Source: a virus
Taxonomy: Duplodnaviria; Caudoviricetes
IMG/VR virus record: IMGVR_UViG_3300027986_000017
Location: 1 to 41,962 of that record
Length of the DNA: 41,962 nt
Direction: 5' to 3' (one strand)
The number at the start of each line of letters is the position of its first letter. The stretch's first letter is position 1. The position numbers and the translations under genes were made by a program. This document shows, in pieces, positions 1 through 8,450 of the stretch. The notes beneath the pieces were generated by a model. That model ran no database searches. It was not told the origin of the DNA and saw only the letters and a list, made by a program, of their open reading frames with translations.

Positions 1-15
1 AAATAGCGCTCAGGT

Positions 16-50
16 TGCGGGGTGCTCGCATGGGGCGCCCCGCACATTTT
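16..50 (+). terminator. GC hairpin plus short T-run just before the adaptor ATG
   Basis: TGCGGGGTGCTC-GCATG-GGGCGCCCCGCA followed by CATTTT. Confidence 0.5.
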
Positions 51-51
51 C

Positions 52-837
52 ATGGACAAGACGGTCCAACAGTACGCGCGCGACACGATGCGGATCTGCG
101 GGCAGATGCAGAGGCCCGGCCGCGGAGTCTCGCCCGAGCAGCTCGAAGAAGTCACGTTCTTTTTGAACCAGCTGCTCGATTCCTGGAACACCATGCGAAA
201 CAAGATTTTCCAGGTGGCGGCCGCCATCTACACGCTGAGCCCGAACCTGCAGTACTACCTGATCGGCCCGAGCGCAGTGCCGGCGACGATCAACGGCATT
301 TCCTACGGCGCATTCAACGCGCCGCGGCCGCTAAAGATCAGCTTCGCGCAGCTGATCTACCAGACGGCGCCCCAGGAGCTCAACCTCGACCTCCAGATCA
401 TCGACACCAACCAGCAGGCCAACATCCGCGTGCCTGGCATTTTTTCGATTCCGCTCGAGCTCTACTACGACAACGGCTATTCGCAGGCCGTCCCGACGGG
501 CGTCGCGTCGATTTTCCTGTACCCAGGCCCGCAGCTTGGCTACCAGCTGAGGCTCTACACCTGGCAGGCCCTCAATTCCGCGCTGAGCTCGTCGGACACG
601 CTTTTCGTGCCGCCTGGCTACGCTCGCGCGCTGACCTACAACCTGGCTCTCGAGCTGCCGGCGGATTACCGCAAAGAGCTCAGCGATCGCGAATTCGAAA
701 AGATCGAGCGCACGGCTCAGGAAAGCCGCAACTCGATCGAGAGTCTAAACGCGCCATGCGAGGAAGCCGTCGTCGACGTGCCCACCTCTCAGCGCACCGG
801 CCGCAGCCGGTTCAACTGGCTGTCGCCCCTGGGGTGA
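52..837 (+). CDS. Head-tail adaptor, P22 gp4-like (copy 1, 261 aa)
   Basis: N-terminal helix pair (LNQLLDSWN) and C-terminal PPGYARALTYNLALEL typical of gp4-like adaptors; ATG at 52 matches the 40987 copy. Confidence 0.75.
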   Translation: MDKTVQQYARDTMRICGQMQRPGRGVSPEQLEEVTFFLNQLLDSWNTMRNKIFQVAAAIYTLSPNLQYYLIGPSAVPATINGISYGAFNAPRPLKISFAQLIYQTAPQELNLDLQIIDTNQQANIRVPGIFSIPLELYYDNGYSQAVPTGVASIFLYPGPQLGYQLRLYTWQALNSALSSSDTLFVPPGYARALTYNLALELPADYRKELSDREFEKIERTAQESRNSIESLNAPCEEAVVDVPTSQRTGRSRFNWLSPLG

Positions 838-859
838 CCCCCCGGGATAAGGAGATTTT

Positions 860-1033
860 ATGGCCGACCTCGAACCCAAAGAAGTACACGAAGCACGGAT
901 CAACGAGAAGAAGGCGCGCAACATCGAGCGCGCGAAAGCTCACTCCGGGCACCAGATCCACAACCAGCCGGGCATGCCGCACGAAAAGCTCCAGCATCGC
1001 CTGACGAACGTCGACCACAAGGAAGAGGAGTAA
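860..1033 (+). CDS. 57-aa charged hypothetical protein (MADLEPKEVHEAR...DHKEEE), absent from ORF track
   Basis: AAGGAG RBS, ATG 860, TAA 1031-1033; same protein encoded at 41785-41958. Confidence 0.8.
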   Translation: MADLEPKEVHEARINEKKARNIERAKAHSGHQIHNQPGMPHEKLQHRLTNVDHKEEE

Positions 1034-1038
1034 CTCCC

Positions 1039-1503
1039 ATGAACGCGGTCGAAAAAGAGATCCCCGAAATGAAGCTCGCGAAGTTCGCCCGGCACCGCGC
1101 CGAGAGCTTCGCCGAGTCGCAGAAACAGCCCGGCGAAAAGATCGAGCACCGACTCACGAACAACCCGCCGCATGCGGACTCCGTTTATCCGAAGGCGAAG
1201 TACCACCCGCACAAGGCGCACATCGTCGTCCGGAACGCAGAGGACGAGAAGAAGCGATCGCCCGCCGAGGATGGCTGGGTCGACACGCCGGCAAAGCTCC
1301 CGCCTTCCGCGGTTCGCGACTTCTCGACCGAGGAAAAGCTCGCCATGCTCGACCAGATCTGCCAGCTCGTCGGCGTCGAGCCTGGCCAGAGTCCCGTCGA
1401 GATCCTCGAAGGCCTGCTCGCCGAGTACACGGATTTCGCGCACCAGCTCGCCGCGCTGAATAAGCCGGAGGACGCCGCGAAGAAAAAGGGGCGCCAGGGA
1501 TGA
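1039..1503 (+). CDS. Hypothetical phage protein (YPKAKYHP...GWVDTPA)
   Basis: GAGGAG RBS; tightly packed in the late operon. Confidence 0.75.
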   Translation: MNAVEKEIPEMKLAKFARHRAESFAESQKQPGEKIEHRLTNNPPHADSVYPKAKYHPHKAHIVVRNAEDEKKRSPAEDGWVDTPAKLPPSAVRDFSTEEKLAMLDQICQLVGVEPGQSPVEILEGLLAEYTDFAHQLAALNKPEDAAKKKGRQG

Positions 1504-2012
1504 AGGCCAAGCAATTCTTTCTCTGGCCCATGCTGGTGACCCTCGCCTGGTGCGCGGGTCTGCGGGCCCAAGGCACGGTCGTGCCTGGCACGCCCGACCG
1601 TGAGCAACGCTACCAGGCGATTCGCACCGATAGCAGCGCTACGTCCGAGGCGATTACGATCCAGCAGCCGGCGAGCCCCTCGGCCTCGATCCAGTTCGAG
1701 CTGGCGAGCCTGTGGTGCTCAGTCGCCTGCACGGCGACGCTCTCATGGAACGGAACCGCGGCGACGTCGACGTCGCTCGCTGTGACCTCGCTCAATGGCG
1801 CCGCAGCTCCAACTGCGACCGCGTGGCGTTCCTCAAACGTGGGCTCCGGAACCACCGGCAACGTATTCAACATCGCGGCCGGCACTCTCACCACGCTCGA
1901 CCTGTCGAAGTTCTATCTCGGCAAGGGCGGCGGAACGGGCCAGAATTTCACCATCTCCATCGCCTCGGCTTCTGGCAACTACCAGGTGATGGTCCAGTGG
2001 GTCGAAAAGTAA
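1500..2012 (+). CDS. Signal-peptide, Ser/Thr-rich beta-sandwich protein; putative virion decoration
   Basis: MKAKQFFLWPMLVTLAWCAGLRA-Q; ATGA overlap with upstream gene. Confidence 0.7.
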   Translation: MKAKQFFLWPMLVTLAWCAGLRAQGTVVPGTPDREQRYQAIRTDSSATSEAITIQQPASPSASIQFELASLWCSVACTATLSWNGTAATSTSLAVTSLNGAAAPTATAWRSSNVGSGTTGNVFNIAAGTLTTLDLSKFYLGKGGGTGQNFTISIASASGNYQVMVQWVEK

Positions 2013-2016
2013 CGCG

Positions 2017-3678
2017 ATGAAGTGGCTCGCCGGCATCGTCTTCGGCGCGATCGCGCTGGCGCAGCCGGCGACGGTCACGGTCACCGACACCCTGCGCCTG
2101 GCTAACGGCTCATTCTGCGGCGGCCAGATCACGGTGAGCTGGATCACGTTCACGTCGATGGACGGCGTCCGGATCCAGGGCGGCTCGCTCCCTGTGGCTG
2201 TGAATCCGGCGACGGGAGTCTTTACGGTCAACCTGGTGCCGACGAACACGGTATCGACGCCGGCGCAAGGGTTTTACACCATCCGCTACGACCTGCGGCC
2301 GACGATCTGCGCCGCGGCGACGTCGACCTGGAAGATCCCAGCAAGCGGCCCGGTCGGGCTTTCGGGAGTCGAGACGGTCTCCATTCCGCCGCCTCCGCAG
2401 ATCCCCGTGAATTCGCTCGCGAACCCGCCTGTACCTGGGACTTACGAGCTGTGCTTTGTGGGAGGCATCGTCCAGTGGGGCACCTGCGGCGGCGCGACGG
2501 TGATCGCGGGCACCACTCGCCAGATCAAAGCCGTGAGCGCCTCGGGTGTCGTCACGCTGTCGCTCCAGCCAGACCTACTGCTCGCCGGCCAGAGCGCGAA
2601 CGGCACCGACATGGTGAGTGGATCCAGATTCACCGACACGTCGCCCACTGGCAATTTCATGAACTTCAAGTCGCTCGCCGGCGCCTCGCTGTGGCAGGTC
2701 GACATCACCGGCACCTTACAGGCCGGGACAGTTCCCTTTGCGCGCTTCAGCGTCACGGCAGCCAACATCGTGAGCCTGTTTAGCGGGTGCTCGGGGACGC
2801 TGTTCATGGCAGCCGACGGAGCATGCCACTCCTCGGGAACCGGAACCGTAACGAGCTTCAGCGCGGGAACCGGCGCCCCATTCTTCACGACGAGCGTCGC
2901 GACCGCGACGTCGACGCCGGCTCTCAGCTTCAACATCACGAGTCAAAGTGCGAATTGCGTGTTCGCTGGTCCGACCACCGGCGCGGCCGCGGCTCCGACA
3001 TGCCGAGCGCTCGTCGGCGCCGATATGCCGAATCCGTCGTCGTCGACGCTGGGCGGAATCGAGTCTTTCGCGGCTGCCACCCATCAGTGGATCAACTCCA
3101 TCAGCACGCTGGGCGTGCCAGGATCTACGCAGCCGGCGTGCGCCGATCTCTCGGACTTCGCGAGCGGCTGCAATCACGTCGCGCCGGCGAATACGAGCTC
3201 GGTCTCACACCAGTGGTTCAACTCCTACACCCAGTCGACCGGCGTGTTCGGGCAGACGCAGCCGGCTTTCACGGATATCTCGGGAACCGCGACGGCCGCG
3301 CAGATTCCCTCGAACGTCAGGATCCGGGCGATCGGCGCCGGCTTCGACGGATCCGGATCCGCGCTTACTTCAGGCGCCACGGCGACGAGCTATTTCACGG
3401 TGCCCTTCGCCTGCACGATCTCGGCCTGGAACATCACGGTCGACACCGGGACCATCACCTTCGACGTCTGGAAGGTGGCCACCGGGACGGCGATCCCGAC
3501 CTCGGGTAACTCGATCACGGCCTCGGCGCTGCCGGCGATCTCCTCGGGCACGGCCGTGCATTCGACCACCTTAACCGGCTGGACGACAAGCGTCGCGGCC
3601 AACGATATTTTCGCGGTCAACATCAACACCGTGGCCAGCGCCACGAAAGCGAGCCTCATCGTCGAATGCGATCAGTAG
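2017..3678 (+). CDS. Tail/head fibre-like protein with Sec signal peptide
   Basis: MKWLAGIVFGAIALA-Q; Gly/Ser/Thr-rich; internal HQWxNS...QPA repeats; beta-rich C-terminal tip-like domain; many Cys. Confidence 0.7.
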   Translation: MKWLAGIVFGAIALAQPATVTVTDTLRLANGSFCGGQITVSWITFTSMDGVRIQGGSLPVAVNPATGVFTVNLVPTNTVSTPAQGFYTIRYDLRPTICAAATSTWKIPASGPVGLSGVETVSIPPPPQIPVNSLANPPVPGTYELCFVGGIVQWGTCGGATVIAGTTRQIKAVSASGVVTLSLQPDLLLAGQSANGTDMVSGSRFTDTSPTGNFMNFKSLAGASLWQVDITGTLQAGTVPFARFSVTAANIVSLFSGCSGTLFMAADGACHSSGTGTVTSFSAGTGAPFFTTSVATATSTPALSFNITSQSANCVFAGPTTGAAAAPTCRALVGADMPNPSSSTLGGIESFAAATHQWINSISTLGVPGSTQPACADLSDFASGCNHVAPANTSSVSHQWFNSYTQSTGVFGQTQPAFTDISGTATAAQIPSNVRIRAIGAGFDGSGSALTSGATATSYFTVPFACTISAWNITVDTGTITFDVWKVATGTAIPTSGNSITASALPAISSGTAVHSTTLTGWTTSVAANDIFAVNINTVASATKASLIVECDQ

Positions 3679-5087
3679 CCCTACTTCTCCTCCTCGCGAT
3701 CCGCTCGTTTGCGGCGATCGCCGCCGCCGGCGTCTTCGAAGTCCGGCCGACGAACGGCAGCGATTCGAACGGCGGCGGCTTCGTCACCGGCGCATCCGGG
3801 ACCGATTTCAGCCAGCAGAATTCCGCCCAGTACACCTTCACCGATCTCGCCTCCACCGTCGGAACGACTAACCCCTGCGTAGTTTCAAGCGCTTCGCACA
3901 ACTTCGTCGCGGCCGACGTCGGCAACGTAATGCAGATTTCCGCCGGCACGAACTGGACGACGGGTTTCTATCAGATCGTTTCCGTGGCGTCGAACAACGC
4001 CACGCTCGATCGAGCCTGCGGATCCACCGCTTCGCTTTCGAGTGGCACCTATGCCGTGGGCGGCGCGCTCAAGACCATCGGCAAAGCGAATGGCGGGATG
4101 GCGGCCGGAAACATCATGTGGGTGAAAGCCGAGTCGACAATTTCGATTTCGACGCTCATCACCATCAACTACCCGGCGTCGAGCTCGTCGCAGATGCCCG
4201 CGGTCAACGGATACACCTCGTCGCGCGGCGACAACGGCCAGGTCACGATCCAGGCCTCGGCCACGCTCTCAAACAATCCGATCATCGACTTCCAGACCAA
4301 TGGCGCCACTTTCGCGAATTTCATCCTCGACTGCAACAGCCAGGCCAACACGCGAGGAATCAACCTCGACGGCGGCAACATTCGAGGCTTCAACCTCTCG
4401 GTGAAAAACTGTCCGGCGGTCTATGGCGTGCAGTTCAACGGGACCGGGACGGCCTGCGAGCTGTGCTTCGTCACGACCCAGAGCGGCGGCCAGGCCTTCC
4501 TGTTCAATAACGGCTCTAACGACGTCTGCATTTTCTGCGTCGCCTACTCGAACAGCGTGCCGGGATTCGTGGCTTCGATCGGTGGCGTGACTTTTATCCA
4601 CTCGATCGCGGCGAACAACACCGGCGCGAGCTCGGACGGGTTTCAGCTGAACGGCTCGCAGAACGAGGCCGTGCTGTTCGGAATCATCAGCTACAAAAAC
4701 GGCCGCGATGGAGTGCGCTTCACCCAGGCCCAGCAGTACCCGATGACCTTCGTGAACTCGATCTTTTACGGCAACACCGGCAAGGACATCAACATGACCA
4801 CCGCGCAGATCCCGGCGGGGACGCAGTGGTTCGACTACAACGCCTACGAGAGCGGATCGACGACGAACGTCAACGCCGGCACTCACGACGTCACCTTGAC
4901 CGCGGATCCCTTCGTGAACGGGGCCTCGAACAACTTCGCGCTGAATGGCACCTCCGGCGGCGGCGCCGCGCTCAAAGCGGCCGGCTTCCCCGGCACGCTC
5001 TCGATCGGTGGAACCGGATCCGCTGCGATCGGCGTGCTCCAGCCAGCCGGAAGCGGCGGCCAGAAAGGGTTTCCCATCGTGCAGTGA
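3666..5087 (+). CDS. Parallel beta-helix (pectin-lyase-like) tailspike-like protein with signal peptide
   Basis: MRSVALLLLLAIRSFA-A; Asn-ladder repeats (NNTGASSDGF, KNGRDGV, NSIFYGN). Confidence 0.65.
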   Translation: MRSVALLLLLAIRSFAAIAAAGVFEVRPTNGSDSNGGGFVTGASGTDFSQQNSAQYTFTDLASTVGTTNPCVVSSASHNFVAADVGNVMQISAGTNWTTGFYQIVSVASNNATLDRACGSTASLSSGTYAVGGALKTIGKANGGMAAGNIMWVKAESTISISTLITINYPASSSSQMPAVNGYTSSRGDNGQVTIQASATLSNNPIIDFQTNGATFANFILDCNSQANTRGINLDGGNIRGFNLSVKNCPAVYGVQFNGTGTACELCFVTTQSGGQAFLFNNGSNDVCIFCVAYSNSVPGFVASIGGVTFIHSIAANNTGASSDGFQLNGSQNEAVLFGIISYKNGRDGVRFTQAQQYPMTFVNSIFYGNTGKDINMTTAQIPAGTQWFDYNAYESGSTTNVNAGTHDVTLTADPFVNGASNNFALNGTSGGGAALKAAGFPGTLSIGGTGSAAIGVLQPAGSGGQKGFPIVQ

Positions 5088-5100
5088 GTGGCGGCGACTA
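5086..5100 (+). promoter_or_regulatory. GGCGACTA late-promoter-like motif (tail module)
   Basis: GAGTGGCGGCGACTA in the intergenic gap; member of a family of nine sites. Confidence 0.6.
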
Positions 5101-5119
5101 CTCTCATGCGGACTGATTT

Positions 5120-5860
5120 ATGTCACTCACCGGCGGCGCACTCCTCAACGCAGCAGTCGAACGGCTCGGCCGGCTCTATCCTGGCGAGTCTCTGAACTCC
5201 ACCGAACAGACCGATTTCCTCGCCGTCGCGAATTCGATGATCGACAACTGGTCGCTCGAGCGGCTCAACATCCCCGTGATCGTCGTCGCGAGCGCTGCGC
5301 TCTCGAACGGCGTGGCAGCCTACACCTTCGGCGCCGGCGGGACGTTCGGAACCACGCGGTTTCTGCGGCTCGATTCGTGCGGGATCCTGGTCCCGAGCGC
5401 GGCGATCGCCGGGACCTTCATCCGCGTGCCCTGCGAAATCGTCTCCCAGCAGAAATTCCAGTCGTATCCGGAAAAGAGCGCTGCGGTTCAGATCCCGCAG
5501 ATGTTCTATTACGACTTCCAGTTCCCTGTCGCGACCGGGAACCTCGCGCCGACGCCGGCATTCACTGGAACCGCGACGAAGCTCGAGCTCGGCGGCTGGC
5601 AGGCCCTGGCCAACTTCCCCGACCTGGTCACCACGGTAAACACGCCGCAGGGCTACGACGAGGCCCTCATCACCAACCTGGCGATCCGCCTGGCGCCGCT
5701 GCTCACCGTGCAGGCCTCGGCCGAGCTGGTCGAGGCAGCCAAGGAATCGAAGGCCGCGCTGCGCGCGATGAACGCGTCGAACTTCGGCAACCCGGCGACA
5801 CCGCCGCCCTCCGGACCGACCGACGCGATCCCGCCGCCCCAGGCGCCGCCGGCCAGGTAA
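5120..5860 (+). CDS. Second gp4-like head-tail adaptor paralog
   Basis: LGRLYPGESL..ANSMIDNWS and PQGYDEALITNLAIRLAP parallel the motifs of 52..837. Confidence 0.75.
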   Translation: MSLTGGALLNAAVERLGRLYPGESLNSTEQTDFLAVANSMIDNWSLERLNIPVIVVASAALSNGVAAYTFGAGGTFGTTRFLRLDSCGILVPSAAIAGTFIRVPCEIVSQQKFQSYPEKSAAVQIPQMFYYDFQFPVATGNLAPTPAFTGTATKLELGGWQALANFPDLVTTVNTPQGYDEALITNLAIRLAPLLTVQASAELVEAAKESKAALRAMNASNFGNPATPPPSGPTDAIPPPQAPPAR

Positions 5861-5866
5861 TGACAA

Positions 5867-6463
5867 ATGCGTACGATCGGCGATCTCGTCAACTCCCGGA
5901 AGGAAGCCGTCCAGCGGAAGATTATCGATACTCCGCGCGACGGAGACGGGCTGTTCATCCAGCCTAAGGAAACCGGACCGGACCGCGAGATCGTCGAGAA
6001 TCACAACCGCCAGAATTTCGCACACCTTTTCTCGTTCGCCGATCCCTACACCGGGAACACGCGAACTTACGACGAAGAGGGGCGCTACAACTGCGGCCGC
6101 TGCAACAAAGCGGACAAGAGCGATTGCCTGGTGATCCCCGTCAAGATCGACACCGAGGCGGGCAGCTGCCGGCATTGGGAAAACCTCTGCGCCGGAGATC
6201 CGGAACTGCGGTTGACGGGTGTGGAAACCGCTGAAATGGCGTCCTACGGCGTGGCCAAGAACGGCGTCGGTTTCGGATGCAAGCGATGCCCCTTTTCCGA
6301 AAAGGCCGTCGCGCCCGACAGCCGCGGCCGACCCTCCTACTGCCGAAAAGGCGACTTTCGCACTTTCCCGAACGCATGCTGCCAGATCAACGGCGCCGAA
6401 GTCGTGGCCGAGTACGAAGGCAACGAGCCATCGAAAGAGGATGAGCGGGAAGGCGAGTACTGA
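5867..6463 (+). CDS. Cys-rich protein with two CxxC...C...C clusters (HiPIP-like spacing)
   Basis: CGRC-x7-C...GSCRHW and CKRC...YC...ACC. Confidence 0.7.
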   Translation: MRTIGDLVNSRKEAVQRKIIDTPRDGDGLFIQPKETGPDREIVENHNRQNFAHLFSFADPYTGNTRTYDEEGRYNCGRCNKADKSDCLVIPVKIDTEAGSCRHWENLCAGDPELRLTGVETAEMASYGVAKNGVGFGCKRCPFSEKAVAPDSRGRPSYCRKGDFRTFPNACCQINGAEVVAEYEGNEPSKEDEREGEY

Positions 6464-6711
6464 TGCAGCGAGTCGAAGTCAGCCCCGATCGCCTCGGCAG
6501 CCAATTCTTCAAGGCCTACCAGTACGACGAGCTGGGCCAGACTCTCGAGATCGAATTCGCCGACGGCCGGAGATGCGTTCACTCCCGCGTGCCGGCCGAC
6601 CTCTATCGGGATTTCCACGAATCGCGCGAGCCTGGCCGCTTCTGGGCCGCCGCGATCCGGGACGCCTCTAAAGACGGCCAACCCAGCTACCCGATGCGGA
6701 TGGTGAGCTGA
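6463..6711 (+). CDS. KTSC domain protein
   Basis: YD..QTLEIEF.DG....RVP..LY..F....PGRF pattern of KTSC. Confidence 0.8.
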   Translation: MQRVEVSPDRLGSQFFKAYQYDELGQTLEIEFADGRRCVHSRVPADLYRDFHESREPGRFWAAAIRDASKDGQPSYPMRMVS

Positions 6712-8243
6712 TGCCAGGCCTCTCGTCGTTCGGATTCGTCGGGCCGGCCTACACGACGCAAAACCCCTCGGTCGATCCCGAGGACCTCTGCAACCTCTAC
6801 CCGGAGCTCGTCGAGTCCGGCAACGGCGTTTCCAAGGGCACCAAGTACGCGCTGTTCAACCGGCCGGGCCTGACCCTGGTCGGGAACCTGGGTGCCTCAG
6901 GGCGCGCGCTGTGGGGCGGAAACAACCGGCTTTTCGCTGTGGTGGGCGGCAACCTGGTGGAAGTCAACTCGAGCGGGACGATCATCCACACCTACACCAT
7001 CGCCGGCTCCGGACCCGCACAGATCGTTTTCGTTCCCTCCGGACCTGGTCTTTCCGGCGCGACGTCGGGCGCGCTGCTCGTCTGGGACGGCTCAAACGGC
7101 GCCTCGGCAAATATCTGGTACGTCGACGGATCCACGTCGACGCCGCCGGCCGTCATCTCGGGCGTGGGTGTCGGGTGCATCGACGGGTACGGCGTGGTGC
7201 TCCGGCCGCCGATCCCGCCTGGCTCGAACTCCGACCCGATCCCGATCTTCACGATCGACGGCACGCAGTTCAACCTGTCCAAGATTTTCGACGGCTCGAC
7301 CTGGGACCCGCTGCAGTTCGCGATCAAGACTGGGGCGCCCGACCAGCTGCAGATGGTTCACACGCCTGGCTCGAACACCGGACCAGGTCCAGAGGAGCTC
7401 TGGTTACTCGCGAAGCGCTCAATCGAGGTGTGGTACGACACCGGCGGAAGCGCGCTGAATCCATTCCCCTTCCAGCGCGTGCCCGGCGCCTTCATCTCGC
7501 AAGGCTGTTACGCCGCGCTGAGCGTGGTCGCGATCAAGGGGTCGCTCTACTGGCTCGGCGGCGACGATCGCGGCGTGGGCGTCGTCTACAGGGCCGAGGG
7601 ATACATCCCGAAGCGCATCTCGACTCACGCGATCGAGAACATCCTCCGCTCCTGGGCGATTTCGGGCTCGGATATCTCGGACGCGATCGGCTACAGCTAC
7701 CAGGAAAACGGGCACGACTTTTACGTGCTCACCTCCCCGACTGCGAACCAGACCGTCGTCTACGACGCCACAGAAAACCTGTGGCACCGGCGGGCCTCGG
7801 GAGGAACCACGGCAGCGCAGTTGGGCCTGTACCACGCCTGGGCTTTCGGAAAGCACTACCTGCTCGACAGCGCGGGGAACCTCTACACGTCGAGCATCAA
7901 CGTCTTCCAGGATGCCGGCGCCGCGATCACGTTCTCGCGCACGACGCCGATCATCTCGGAAGAGAACCGCTTCACGACGCACATCGAGCTCGAGCTCCAC
8001 TACGGCGGCCCGTACAACCAGACGCGCAACTGGTCGCTCGCGATCTCAAACGACGGCGGCCAGAACTTCGGGACTCCGCTCACTCTTCAGACCGGGCCAG
8101 GCGGCAGCTCGCCCGATCGCGCGGTTTTCCGCCGCATGGGAATGTCACGCAAGCGGGCTTACAAGCTCAGCACCACCGACAATCTGGCTCAGTGCTGGAT
8201 CGACGGCTACGCGCGGTACAAGAACGCAACGGCGGGGATCTAA
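6711..8243 (+). CDS. Tail nozzle / DNA stabilization protein, P22 gp10-like
   Basis: NLYPE start, SIEVWYDTG, PFPFQR, RISTHAIE, YQENGHDFYVL, VYDA..LWH, SNDGGQNFG, FRRMG motifs. Confidence 0.85.
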   Translation: MPGLSSFGFVGPAYTTQNPSVDPEDLCNLYPELVESGNGVSKGTKYALFNRPGLTLVGNLGASGRALWGGNNRLFAVVGGNLVEVNSSGTIIHTYTIAGSGPAQIVFVPSGPGLSGATSGALLVWDGSNGASANIWYVDGSTSTPPAVISGVGVGCIDGYGVVLRPPIPPGSNSDPIPIFTIDGTQFNLSKIFDGSTWDPLQFAIKTGAPDQLQMVHTPGSNTGPGPEELWLLAKRSIEVWYDTGGSALNPFPFQRVPGAFISQGCYAALSVVAIKGSLYWLGGDDRGVGVVYRAEGYIPKRISTHAIENILRSWAISGSDISDAIGYSYQENGHDFYVLTSPTANQTVVYDATENLWHRRASGGTTAAQLGLYHAWAFGKHYLLDSAGNLYTSSINVFQDAGAAITFSRTTPIISEENRFTTHIELELHYGGPYNQTRNWSLAISNDGGQNFGTPLTLQTGPGGSSPDRAVFRRMGMSRKRAYKLSTTDNLAQCWIDGYARYKNATAGI

Positions 8244-8450
8244 ATGCTCCGGCGCATGTTTCTGCTCGCGCTGGGCGGATCCGCCGCGGCCGCCGACGTC
8301 GACCAGCTGGCAGACCTGATGAACGCCTTCGCGCGCGTCTACAACCAATTTGCCGAGCAGGAACGTCGCGGAATCTTCGACGTGAAGCTCGCCCGCGAGC
8401 TTTCGCGGCGCTGGCGTGACGTCGAACGCTCGGGAGACTGGCCGCGATGA
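8244..8450 (+). CDS. Small protein with twin-arginine-like leader
   Basis: MLRRMFLLALGGSAAAA; abuts both neighbours. Confidence 0.6.
   Translation: MLRRMFLLALGGSAAAADVDQLADLMNAFARVYNQFAEQERRGIFDVKLARELSRRWRDVERSGDWPR

Larger units (their letters stand above)
52..1038 (+). repeat. Left copy of imperfect ~1 kb terminal direct repeat (partner 40987-41962)
   Basis: Same sequence from ATGGACAAGACGG to GAGGAGTAACTCC at both ends, with scattered substitutions and an indel after the adaptor stop codon. Confidence 0.97.

Noticed and set aside
270-300. Diversity-generating retroelement TR/VR explanation for the diverged terminal copies
   Set aside because: Differences are not adenine-specific, most elsewhere in the repeat are synonymous, and no reverse transcriptase is encoded
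6911-8419. Long alternative-frame and antisense ORFs (e.g. 15..1004, 6911..8419, 12276..13283, 38614..39636)
   Set aside because: Arg/Ala/Pro-rich shadow ORFs expected from high-GC codon bias over real genes
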